A DNA stretch of 64,000 nt, taken from the NCBI GenBank assembly GCA_945787445.1, contig CALZHT010000024.1, forward strand, positions 2,398 through 66,397, written 5' to 3'. Made by a program: the position numbers and the translations under genes. Source of the stretch: an uncultured Desulfobulbaceae bacterium. Lineage in GTDB: Bacteria > Desulfobacterota > Desulfobulbia > Desulfobulbales > CALZHT01. The notes beneath the pieces are model-generated. The model searched no databases. It had not been told where the DNA came from and saw only the letters and a list, made by a program, of their open reading frames with translations. The stretch's first letter is position 1. Each line of letters begins with the position of its first letter. This document shows positions 1-7,956 of the stretch, piece by piece.

Positions 1-139
1 GAGCTGCGCCATTATTTCTGCCAGAATGAATTGCTCGGTAAAATTTTTTGAGCCTATTCGTATCGTTGGTTTGCCCTTATCTTTTGCACAGCCAGAGAGA
101 AGAAAGGAAAAAAGGAAGAGAAATATAATTCCGATGAGA

Positions 140-340
140 CTCGAATAGCACTTCATATGTCGCATAGTTTTTCCCTTGATGCTCGTAACCGTTCACGGGG
201 GAAAAACACCGAATTTTCGGCTCCCCCAGGAATTGTAAGCGTTTATAGGTGTCGGAGATGTGCGTTTTCAGGGTGATCAGCTATACACCTGTATGCTGAT
301 TACACTGAAAACGTGCAGATTCGGTGCCTGTGAACGCTTA
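140..340 (-). promoter_or_regulatory. Copy 1 (most diverged) of a triplicated ~180-nt structured intergenic element, immediately downstream of the ABC permease gene and upstream of whatever lies beyond the window edge
   Basis: Shares the motifs gtaaccgttcac, gtaagcgtt and cctgtgaacgcttac with the elements at 1738-1934 and 3492-3661. It contains the same GTAAGCGTTCA / TGAACGCTTAC inverted half-sites. Confidence 0.45.
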
Positions 341-351
341 CATTGGCTGGC

Positions 352-987
352 TTATTTTCGTTTCCAGATAAGGCTTTCCACGAAACCAAGAAAAAAATCA
401 ATCGTCAGGGCTAAAATAGCAGCCGCGCCCGCACCGAGAAAAATCAGGTTCGTGTTATTCAGGGCAAGTCCCCGATTAATGAAATCACCCAAGCCCCCCG
501 CTCCTATAAATGATGAGAGTGTGGCAATCCCCACCCCAATAACCGCAGCTGTCCGAATTCCAGCAAAAATAACAGGCATGGCAAGAGGAAGTTCAACAAG
601 ACATAACATTTGCTTGGGAGTAAATCCCACTCCGGTTGCTGCCTCAATGATTTCATCGGAAATATTCGTTAAGCCGGTGTAGGTATTTCTGATAATCGGC
701 AAGAAGGCATAGAGAGTCAAGGCAACGATGGCAGGCTTGATGCCAATCCCCAGTATAGGGAGCAGAAAAGCCAGCATGGCAAGACTGGGAATTGTCTGGA
801 CAACGCCGGCTGCGGCTAGCACTGTGCCCCTAATAGTCTTATGGCGCGTAATGAGAATACCGAGTGGAACACCGGCTAGTATTGCAAACGAGGTCGAAAC
901 TCCGGTGAGCACTACATGCTCCCTGAATTTGATCAGTAATTCGGGACTTTTCTCAATCAAGAAATCAATCATGCCAAAGCAGTCCAA
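352..987 (-). CDS. ABC transporter permease, osmoprotectant (glycine betaine/choline/carnitine) OpuCB/ProW type
   Basis: 211-aa ORF, multi-pass hydrophobic, with a typical BPD-transporter inner-membrane signature. It overlaps the upstream ATPase gene by 19 nt, suggesting translational coupling. Confidence 0.8.
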   Translation of the reverse strand: MDCFGMIDFLIEKSPELLIKFREHVVLTGVSTSFAILAGVPLGILITRHKTIRGTVLAAAGVVQTIPSLAMLAFLLPILGIGIKPAIVALTLYAFLPIIRNTYTGLTNISDEIIEAATGVGFTPKQMLCLVELPLAMPVIFAGIRTAAVIGVGIATLSSFIGAGGLGDFINRGLALNNTNLIFLGAGAAAILALTIDFFLGFVESLIWKRK

Positions 988-1730
988 AAATCCTTTAACT
1001 GTTCCGCTGGTTTCGCAAAGAGGTTCCTGACAAATTGTGATGCGGGTTTTTGCAGGATTTCAGTTTTCGTCCCTATCTGTTCAATACGTCCCCCATGCAT
1101 AACAGCGATCCGGTCAGCAAGAATCAGGGCCTCAATGATATCATGGGTTACAAAAATGACAGTCTTCTGAAATTCATTTTTCAATTTCAGAAACTGCTGT
1201 TGTAATGCGTCTCGGGTCAGGGCATCTAAGGCGCCAAAGGGCTCATCCATGAGTAGATATTTGGGGTTGGCCGCCAGGGCCCTGGCGACTCCGACCCGTT
1301 GCTGCTGCCCTCCGGAGAGCTGAGCAGGATAACAGTTTGTGAAACGCTGTGGATCAAGTTCCACCATTTCGAGCATCTCTCGGGCACGGTCACGGCGTTG
1401 TTGACGACTCTTGCCGCAGAGGCGCAGGACAATAGAGATGTTGTCAGCCACGGTCATATGAGGAAAAAGTCCAATACCCTGAAAGGTATAGCCGATGGAA
1501 CGCCGCAAATCCTGGGGATTCTGTTGCAGAACATTTTTGCCGTCGACCTCGATACGGCCGTTGTCCGGTTCAATCAGCCGGTTAACCATTTTCAGGGTCG
1601 TGGTTTTTCCACAGCCGGATGTGCCCAGGAGGACCAGGGTTTCCCCTTCAAAAACGGTGAGGGAAAGGTGGTTCACCGCAAAGGTCTTTCCCCCATCAAA
1701 TGATTTGCAGACATCCCAAAGCTGAATCAT
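969..1730 (-). CDS. ABC transporter ATP-binding protein (OpuCA-like, no CBS tail)
   Basis: Walker A GTSGCGKTT, ABC signature LSGGQQQRV and Walker B LLMDEP. Sits directly upstream of the permease. Confidence 0.85.
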   Translation of the reverse strand: MIQLWDVCKSFDGGKTFAVNHLSLTVFEGETLVLLGTSGCGKTTTLKMVNRLIEPDNGRIEVDGKNVLQQNPQDLRRSIGYTFQGIGLFPHMTVADNISIVLRLCGKSRQQRRDRAREMLEMVELDPQRFTNCYPAQLSGGQQQRVGVARALAANPKYLLMDEPFGALDALTRDALQQQFLKLKNEFQKTVIFVTHDIIEALILADRIAVMHGGRIEQIGTKTEILQKPASQFVRNLFAKPAEQLKDFWTALA

Positions 1731-1737
1731 GCACTTC

Positions 1738-1934
1738 TCTCACAACCTGAATTGTAACTACTCACGTAATGGAATGCGTGTAACCGTTCACCGGGTTACG
1801 CTTCCGAACAATTGAGCAATCTATTGCGCTGTAAGCGTTCAGAAGTGCCTCAGATGTGCGTGAACAGTCTGGTGAAGCATAGTCTCCTATGTGAATCAGG
1901 CTGGTCGCGTGCAGGTGAGGTGCTGTTGAACGCT
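1738..1934 (-). promoter_or_regulatory. Copy 2 of the triplicated structured intergenic element, between the AsnB-like gene and the ABC ATPase gene
   Basis: About 90% identical to 3492-3661 over about 160 nt. A long-range 22-bp helix (GTAAGCGTTCAGAAGTGCCTCA ... TGAGGTGCTGTTGAACGCTTAC) encloses about 70 nt, and there are additional GTAACCGTTCAC and GTGCGTGAACAG half-sites. Confidence 0.55.
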
Positions 1935-3484
1935 TACGCATGCGTCAGGGTGCCGTCCATGGTTCCGCGAACTTCTTCACGTTCTTCGGCAAAATCAAAA
2001 CCGGTCCAGATGCCGATGGATTTCAGAATGGAATCCTGTGGATGAAATTCCCTGAAAATTTTGAAGTAGAGGGCCGCCTCCTTGCTGGTTATTGCGGCCT
2101 GGGGGTGATCATGCTGCAGCCTTGCCAGTTCGTCGTCGCTGATATCTTTTTCCGCAAGTTTTTCTCCCAATGATTCACAACCCGCACCCTGGGTGTACTG
2201 GACTTTGTAGCGCCAGAGTATTTCATCGGGAAGCAGGCCGCTATCGGTAAAGGCCTGGCGGAAAATCCATTTTTCGATTTTAGCGCCGTTTTCCTCCTTG
2301 ATCTTCAAGTGGGCCGGTATTTCCATGGCCAGGGCGATCATCTCCTTGTCGAGAAAAGGGACCCTCAGTTCGAGGTTGAAATACATGCCCATGCGATCGG
2401 CGCGCTGTAGATTGATATTATGCAGACCTTGGGTGCAGCGGCGCCCCTCTTCATTGAGCTTATCCAGAGGGAAATGTTTCATGTAGTGGTAGCCTGCAAA
2501 AAGCTCGTCCGCGCCCTCTCCGGTCAAAACCACAGTGACATGTTCGGCCGCAAGTTTACAGGTGAAATAACAAGGCACACTTTCCAGTTTTTTAATAACT
2601 TCAGGCAGGGCTGCGTAATAGTCTTCTTCGCTGAAGGCAAGTTCATGATGAGTGGAGCCGATATGCCTGGCCGCAATCCGGGCTGCCTTAAAATCATCAC
2701 TCTCGTTGCCCTCGTCGTCACGCATGCCGACAACAAAGGTATGCAGGTTTGGAATTTCCTCTGCGGCAATGGCCGCAACAAGGGAACTGTCCAAACCGCC
2801 GCTGCAGAATGAACCAACCGGCACGGTGGGGTCGGCCAGTAAACGTTTTTTGACCGATTGAATAAAAGTCGCCTTGATCTTGGCGCAGATGGCCTCGATA
2901 TCCGAGAGAGGCATCTGGGCTACCCGAGGAACGGTGTAATAGGCCACAAATCCATCTTCGGGCGTATAATAATGGCCGGGAGGAAACTCATGGGGTTCCG
3001 CAACCCCGGCCAAGCTCATGGCACCGAGTTCCGAGGCAAAATACATTACATCACCATGATAGCCGTAATAAAGCGGTTTAATCCCGATGGGATCACGCGC
3101 CAACATGAATGAGTCATTATCGAAAAGAGCAAAGGCAAACATGCCGTCAAGCTCACGCACGCATTCAGGACCTCGCTCTTCATAGAGGGCCAGAATTACC
3201 TCTGAATCGGAATGGGTTTGAAAAGGATATTGATCTGCAAGTCTCTCCCGGATGGCACGAAAGTTGTAGATCTCACCATTGGCAATTAATCCCTTTGAAC
3301 CATTTACATTGACAATGGGCTGGTGGCCGTGGGCAACGTCAACAATTGACAGCCTTGTATGGCCAAAAATCATCTTTTCTCTACTATGGAGACCACGGTC
3401 ATTGGGACCACGATGGACCAAAGCGTCCAGCATCAGGTTAACTGTTGTCTCATCCCTGGGCACCCACACAACCTGCAATACCAC
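1934..3484 (-). CDS. Asparagine synthetase (glutamine-hydrolysing) family protein, AsnB-like. The annotated frame starts with GTG and lacks the Cys2 nucleophile. The canonical MCGIAG start is in the -1 frame just upstream (ATG at 3488).
   Basis: PP-loop SGGLDSS and the AsnB synthetase domain are present. NLMLDALVHRGPND matches the AsnB N-domain. ATG TGT GGT ATT GCA GGT (MCGIAG), with a taaggag RBS, reads from 3488 but hits TGA after 12 codons. Confidence 0.75.
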   Translation of the reverse strand: MVLQVVWVPRDETTVNLMLDALVHRGPNDRGLHSREKMIFGHTRLSIVDVAHGHQPIVNVNGSKGLIANGEIYNFRAIRERLADQYPFQTHSDSEVILALYEERGPECVRELDGMFAFALFDNDSFMLARDPIGIKPLYYGYHGDVMYFASELGAMSLAGVAEPHEFPPGHYYTPEDGFVAYYTVPRVAQMPLSDIEAICAKIKATFIQSVKKRLLADPTVPVGSFCSGGLDSSLVAAIAAEEIPNLHTFVVGMRDDEGNESDDFKAARIAARHIGSTHHELAFSEEDYYAALPEVIKKLESVPCYFTCKLAAEHVTVVLTGEGADELFAGYHYMKHFPLDKLNEEGRRCTQGLHNINLQRADRMGMYFNLELRVPFLDKEMIALAMEIPAHLKIKEENGAKIEKWIFRQAFTDSGLLPDEILWRYKVQYTQGAGCESLGEKLAEKDISDDELARLQHDHPQAAITSKEAALYFKIFREFHPQDSILKSIGIWTGFDFAEEREEVRGTMDGTLTHA

Positions 3485-3491
3485 ACATACA

Positions 3492-3661
3492 ATCTCCTTA
3501 TTAGTTGTAACCGTTCACCGGGATACGCCTCTGAATAATTGAGCCATATATTGCGCTGTAAGCGTTCAGCAGTGCCTCAGATGTGCGTGAACAGACTGGT
3601 GAAGCATAGTAGTCATATGTGATCCAGGCTGGTCGCGTGCAGATGAGGTGCTGCTGAACGT
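3492..3661 (-). promoter_or_regulatory. Copy 3 of the triplicated structured intergenic element, between the SAM-MTase gene and the AsnB-like gene
   Basis: Same architecture as 1738-1934. The 22-bp long-range helix is perfect if G-T pairs are allowed, and the changes relative to copy 2 preserve pairing. Confidence 0.55.
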
Positions 3662-4903
3662 TTACAATTTGTTGATCTCAAAAATACCGACCAGACTGTG
3701 CCCCATACCGCTTCCCGGTTGCAGGTCAATTTCCAGTTTACGCAGGGAATAGCCTAGCTGCGGTTCAATGATATTGGCCCGTGGGTCGCCAAAACGCAAC
3801 ATACTGGCCGCCTCAACCACACCACGCATGGAGTTGATCGCATCCTTGAGCGGTTCTGGATAGAAAGGTTCAATTCGAGTTTCGGTCTCACCGTCATTGA
3901 GACCTGCCAACATGGCGATGGTGTGCTCTACCAGGGTGTTACAACACATGAAAAATGACTCAAAAAAATTATTCAGGTGGGTAAAACCGTCACGTGGGAC
4001 ATAATTGATCATTAAGCGCTCAAGATCCGTGCGCGTATAACTTTCAAATAGAGAATTTATTGGCAAACGCAGATCCTGGCAGTGTCTGTTATAATCTCCT
4101 GTTTCCAAGTGACGGCCGACGAGAATAGATCGATCAAAAAAAACAATCGGCTTTATCTCAACTCCCGTTTCTTTCCGAACACGGTCAATAATGGCCATGA
4201 TCTCATCCTTGATCATCAATCTCAGTGGAAATGCCGGGATATCTGCCTTGTCGCGCTCATCGGGAGAATAAATATAGGAAATGCGATAATCCATGAAATA
4301 CTCTTCATGGGGAGACATATGCCAGAGATCCTGCCATTCATAGGAGTACCGCCCCAGCCAGTCACCGACAAAAATAGCCTTTTCCGGTGCATGTCGGCAT
4401 ATTTCACTGATGACCTTCACCGCCTGATCATCATGAAAGTGGCTCATGGTTCCATACGAGGTCAGGTAGACGTCAAATGGATCTTCCCCCTCTGGCAGGC
4501 CGGCAGAAAGATCATGTTTTGCAAAGCGTATTTTCGGGTTGTGCTCATAATGACTGCGGGCCTGTTCCAGCAGATTATCGTTTATGTCTATGCCGAGATA
4601 GGCCTGCAGCATATCATCTGTCAGTGCCTGGTGGATATATTCATACAGTCCTGGATCTTTGGAGGTGACCCCCGAGATCAAATCAAAACCGTCTCCACTG
4701 CCGCAGCCCAAGTCGAGAATACGCAGTCGTTCAAGACGCTGACGCTTATAATCGACCATTTCATTAAGAACCGGGCGCAGGAATATGCCGGAAAGCTGGT
4801 CTTCCCAGAACCGTCTGACATTATCATACTTACCGGACAACCCGGAATCCTTGATATATTTGCCGGTACCTGCCGCCTGGTTATAGGCTTTAATTTCTGC
4901 CAC
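3662..4903 (-). CDS. Class I SAM-dependent methyltransferase with a long C-terminal extension (413 aa), substrate unknown
   Basis: Motif I ILDLGCGSGDG with a downstream acidic loop. GTG start with a gagggaga RBS. Embedded in the methyltransferase/transporter cluster. Confidence 0.65.
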   Translation of the reverse strand: MAEIKAYNQAAGTGKYIKDSGLSGKYDNVRRFWEDQLSGIFLRPVLNEMVDYKRQRLERLRILDLGCGSGDGFDLISGVTSKDPGLYEYIHQALTDDMLQAYLGIDINDNLLEQARSHYEHNPKIRFAKHDLSAGLPEGEDPFDVYLTSYGTMSHFHDDQAVKVISEICRHAPEKAIFVGDWLGRYSYEWQDLWHMSPHEEYFMDYRISYIYSPDERDKADIPAFPLRLMIKDEIMAIIDRVRKETGVEIKPIVFFDRSILVGRHLETGDYNRHCQDLRLPINSLFESYTRTDLERLMINYVPRDGFTHLNNFFESFFMCCNTLVEHTIAMLAGLNDGETETRIEPFYPEPLKDAINSMRGVVEAASMLRFGDPRANIIEPQLGYSLRKLEIDLQPGSGMGHSLVGIFEINKL

Positions 4904-4915
4904 TGTTCATCTCCC

Positions 4916-5326
4916 TCAAGATGCTTTGAGCCAGTCCAGCACGGCAAAAGCATCTATACAATGGGTATCAGCGCCGACCTTATCTGAAAATTCCTGTGAG
5001 GTTGGAGCCCCGCCAATGGCAATTCTCACTTCATTACGGAGTCCCTCCTCTTTCAGTTGGATGACAACTTCTTCCATCTTGCGCATAGTCGTAGTTAGTA
5101 AGGCCGACATGCCTAGGAAAGGAGCTTTTTCTTTTTTTACGGCATTGATTATTTTATCGGTTGAAACATCAACACCAAGGTCAATGACTTCATATCCTGC
5201 GCCCTTCAACATGATAGCAACGATGTTTTTGCCGATGTCGTGAAGATCTCCGGCCACCGTTGCGATAATAAATTTGCCTTTTGATTCAACTCCGGCTTTG
5301 AGCAGATGTGGGGTCAAAATATCCAT
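4916..5326 (-). CDS. Corrinoid (B12)-binding protein, Rossmann B12-binding domain part (MtgC/MttC-like)
   Basis: DxHxxG cobalt-ligand motif GDLHDIGKN and the GG..T motif. The N-terminus MDILTPHLL matches the helix preceding the B12 domain. Confidence 0.75.
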   Translation of the reverse strand: MDILTPHLLKAGVESKGKFIIATVAGDLHDIGKNIVAIMLKGAGYEVIDLGVDVSTDKIINAVKKEKAPFLGMSALLTTTMRKMEEVVIQLKEEGLRNEVRIAIGGAPTSQEFSDKVGADTHCIDAFAVLDWLKAS

Positions 5327-5526
5327 GCCTGCCCCAACTCCATGGAAGCGGTCAAGCCCTTGATCAGGATATCCCCAGGCATGAGACCCTGGGCCAAAGC
5401 CTCTGTAACCAACTCAGTTACCGCCGGCTGGTCTTCAAGGCCTTCGTCAAAACCTTCGTCTTCCGCTTCAACACGACCCTGGATAACGTTAATGGCAATT
5501 TGTTCCAGTATGTTTTCTGTTGTCAT
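5314..5526 (-). CDS. Corrinoid protein N-terminal cap (B12-binding_2) domain, a separate ORF overlapping the B12-domain ORF by 13 nt
   Basis: 70-aa ORF ending ...ILIKGLTASMELGQAWIF, typical of the MtmC/MtgC cap helix bundle. Its stop TGA overlaps the ATG of the next ORF (ATGGATATTTTGA). Confidence 0.6.
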   Translation of the reverse strand: MTTENILEQIAINVIQGRVEAEDEGFDEGLEDQPAVTELVTEALAQGLMPGDILIKGLTASMELGQAWIF

Positions 5527-5609
5527 TGGTCAATTCTCCTCGTCTATCAATTTTGATGCTTTCGCAGATAAGCGTAAGACATCGAAAAGTCTAAAATTTA
5601 AGATGGCCA

Positions 5610-7142
5610 TCAGATTTGTTTCAATCGTGGCAATACCCCTGGAATTTCTTGATAAATCTTTTCGATAATATCAGGGTCAAGATGCTTTGGCGGCCGAGAT
5701 TCCAGCTCACCCATATGAGCGAGAGCTTTTTCTAACACTCGGTCTTCCATATCTTTTGATTCAAATCGATAGGGCTCTGAAACATCCCCGGCCCGAACCG
5801 GTTTTCGGGTATGCCGAGTAAAAAGCTTATGACTGGTTGCCATGACCTTGCGCACTATTTCCAGGGCTTCCTGGCTTACGGCTGCATCGATCTTTGCCGG
5901 CCGCATGCAATGTTTGGCTAATCCCACCTGTTCGTTGTCCAGCACTGCCTGGAGTGGTGAAAAAGTATTGGTGCGATCCAACAGGCCGAAGGCATAATGA
6001 ATGTACTGCGCTCCGCTGGCCGCCATGTAGAGATGGGAAAATAATTTTTCAAAGGTGGCCTGCATACCCGGCACCTTGCTGTTGCCGACTCCGGTGCTGG
6101 AATAGCATGGCAGTTTGTAAAAACGAGCCAATTGCACGCAGTCGATATTGTATTGATTGAATTCCGGACAACCGTAGAGATCATGCAGGTCATCAAGGCG
6201 GGCCCGAACCGGAACAGAGCCATATAGAACTGGTGTGCCTGGACGAATAAGCTGGGTCAAAGCAATGCCGGTTAAAATTTCGGCATTAATCTGGGCCACT
6301 ATGCCGGCTTCCTGAATCGGTGCGGAGGAGCCCCCTTGGGGAGAAGAAGAAATTACCAGCGGCATTTCCTTTTCAACAATGGCAAATACTTTATCAGCTG
6401 TATCGTCGACGAGTTGCAAGGGGCTTTTAAATACGCAGGCAATAAATGACAAAACCGGATTTTCCCGAAGAGCTTGAGGGCCACCTGCAATAATTTCCGC
6501 CATCCTGATCACATCGTCCAGAGCATTTATACAGGTGAGTCCGGCCTGAACATGTTTGGTGATATTATTGAGGCTGGCAAAGAACTTGTTGACATCATGG
6601 TTCCTTGCATCAATATCGTCGTCCTGAATATTGACCGGTCTGATGAAAAAATCGAGATGCTCCAGCTGTTCACAGAGATGAGCAGCCCTGCACAACAATG
6701 CAGCACTCCCCCTTTTCTCGGTATGTCGAGGCAACATGCGCTTTTGGTTTTGATCTGCCGCTGAGACATACTCATCCAACTCGGTCTCCAGCCAGATATT
6801 GCTTTCTGAACCGGATCCGAAGTAAACTCGGGGAATTTCAGCGTTTATATCAAGCCGATTCTGGGGATCACGAGCCCCCAAGATAATTTTTGAGGGAGCA
6901 TTGGCTATTGCCTTGGTGATTAATGATTCCGGGATACGTACCCGCCAAAAAGTATCACTGGGACTTTCCTCCAGGACAACCTCGGCGCCATTGGCTTCAA
7001 AAAGTTCGGCAGCGCGGCGGTTGTAACACCAGATACCCGGATCTTCCAGGATGGCCATGGAAGCACGATGCAGTTCTGCCAATTGGTCTTGATTGAGTCG
7101 TTCGTACGGTTTGACAATATTTCCATCACGAAAAGTGTCCAT
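5610..7142 (-). CDS. MttB-superfamily methyltransferase (non-pyrrolysine; glycine betaine/quaternary amine:corrinoid methyltransferase, MtgB-like), paralog 2
   Basis: About 510-aa TIM-barrel MttB-family sequence with no in-frame amber codon. Start chosen at MDTFRDGN (ATG 7142), preceded by an aaaaaggagaaat RBS. The longer ORF-track start at 7190 would overlap the upstream gene. Confidence 0.8.
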   Translation of the reverse strand: MDTFRDGNIVKPYERLNQDQLAELHRASMAILEDPGIWCYNRRAAELFEANGAEVVLEESPSDTFWRVRIPESLITKAIANAPSKIILGARDPQNRLDINAEIPRVYFGSGSESNIWLETELDEYVSAADQNQKRMLPRHTEKRGSAALLCRAAHLCEQLEHLDFFIRPVNIQDDDIDARNHDVNKFFASLNNITKHVQAGLTCINALDDVIRMAEIIAGGPQALRENPVLSFIACVFKSPLQLVDDTADKVFAIVEKEMPLVISSSPQGGSSAPIQEAGIVAQINAEILTGIALTQLIRPGTPVLYGSVPVRARLDDLHDLYGCPEFNQYNIDCVQLARFYKLPCYSSTGVGNSKVPGMQATFEKLFSHLYMAASGAQYIHYAFGLLDRTNTFSPLQAVLDNEQVGLAKHCMRPAKIDAAVSQEALEIVRKVMATSHKLFTRHTRKPVRAGDVSEPYRFESKDMEDRVLEKALAHMGELESRPPKHLDPDIIEKIYQEIPGVLPRLKQI

Positions 7143-7153
7143 ATTTCTCCTTT

Positions 7154-7951
7154 TTATTTTGCCCGCCAAAACCTTGAATATTTTCGGCAATGACGGTCAC
7201 GCCCCATGATAGCCTCAGCGGTTTTCGCGGCCCCCACGAGTTCGTGATCAAGCACATTGAGTATGGCTCCGTCCAAACCGGCAAAAATAGCCATATGAAA
7301 AAAGGCGGTATTGAAAATCTTTCGTTTGGGTAGCCCAAAAGAGATATTGGAAAGGGCCATCACGGTTTTTGATTGCGGCAGCGCCTTTTTGATGGCACGG
7401 ATCGTATCAAGGGTAACTAACCCTTGTTGCACGTCCGTGGAAACCGGAAGAACCAATGGATCAAAATAAAGGTTTTCCAGGGGAACGCCGTTTTTTTCGC
7501 AGCCAGCGGCAATTTTCTCACAGGCAGCCACCCGCTTATCAACGGTCTTAGGAATTCCTTCCTCATCCATGGCCAGGCCGACCAAGGGGGCATTATATTC
7601 ACTGGCAAGAGGCACTACAGCATCAATGTATTTGTCTGATCCCTTGGTTGAGTTGATGAGAGCGGGACGCCCGTCACGTGCGGCAAGGCCGGCGGCAAGC
7701 ACTTTCGGGTCCGCACTGTCTATACAGAGCGGTACGTCGAATTTCTCCTGAATAGAGGTGACAGCCCAATGCATGGCCTCAATTTCGTCTTGCTGGTTAC
7801 CGGAACCGGTGCCAACATTGATGTCAATATAATCAGCCCAGGCCTGGGCCTGTACTTCGGCCAACTCTAAGAGCTTTGTTGTATCTTTTTGCTCAATAAT
7901 CTTTTTAGCCGATGGGATTGAGCCATTAATTTTTTCAGCAATAAAAATCAT
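7154..7951 (-). CDS. Methyl-corrinoid:tetrahydrofolate methyltransferase (pterin-binding, MtrH/MtgA-like)
   Basis: 265 aa with N-terminus MIFIAEKINGS typical of MtrH/MtgA pterin-binding (DHPS-like) barrels. Lies between the two MttB paralogs. Confidence 0.75.
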   Translation of the reverse strand: MIFIAEKINGSIPSAKKIIEQKDTTKLLELAEVQAQAWADYIDINVGTGSGNQQDEIEAMHWAVTSIQEKFDVPLCIDSADPKVLAAGLAARDGRPALINSTKGSDKYIDAVVPLASEYNAPLVGLAMDEEGIPKTVDKRVAACEKIAAGCEKNGVPLENLYFDPLVLPVSTDVQQGLVTLDTIRAIKKALPQSKTVMALSNISFGLPKRKIFNTAFFHMAIFAGLDGAILNVLDHELVGAAKTAEAIMGRDRHCRKYSRFWRAK

Positions 7952-7956
7952 TTCAT

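Noticed and set aside
260-1030. Plus-strand ORFs 260-682 and 728-1030 overlapping the ABC permease
   Set aside because: They are antisense to a clear membrane-permease ORF. Their translations are Pro/Ala/Arg-rich low-complexity.
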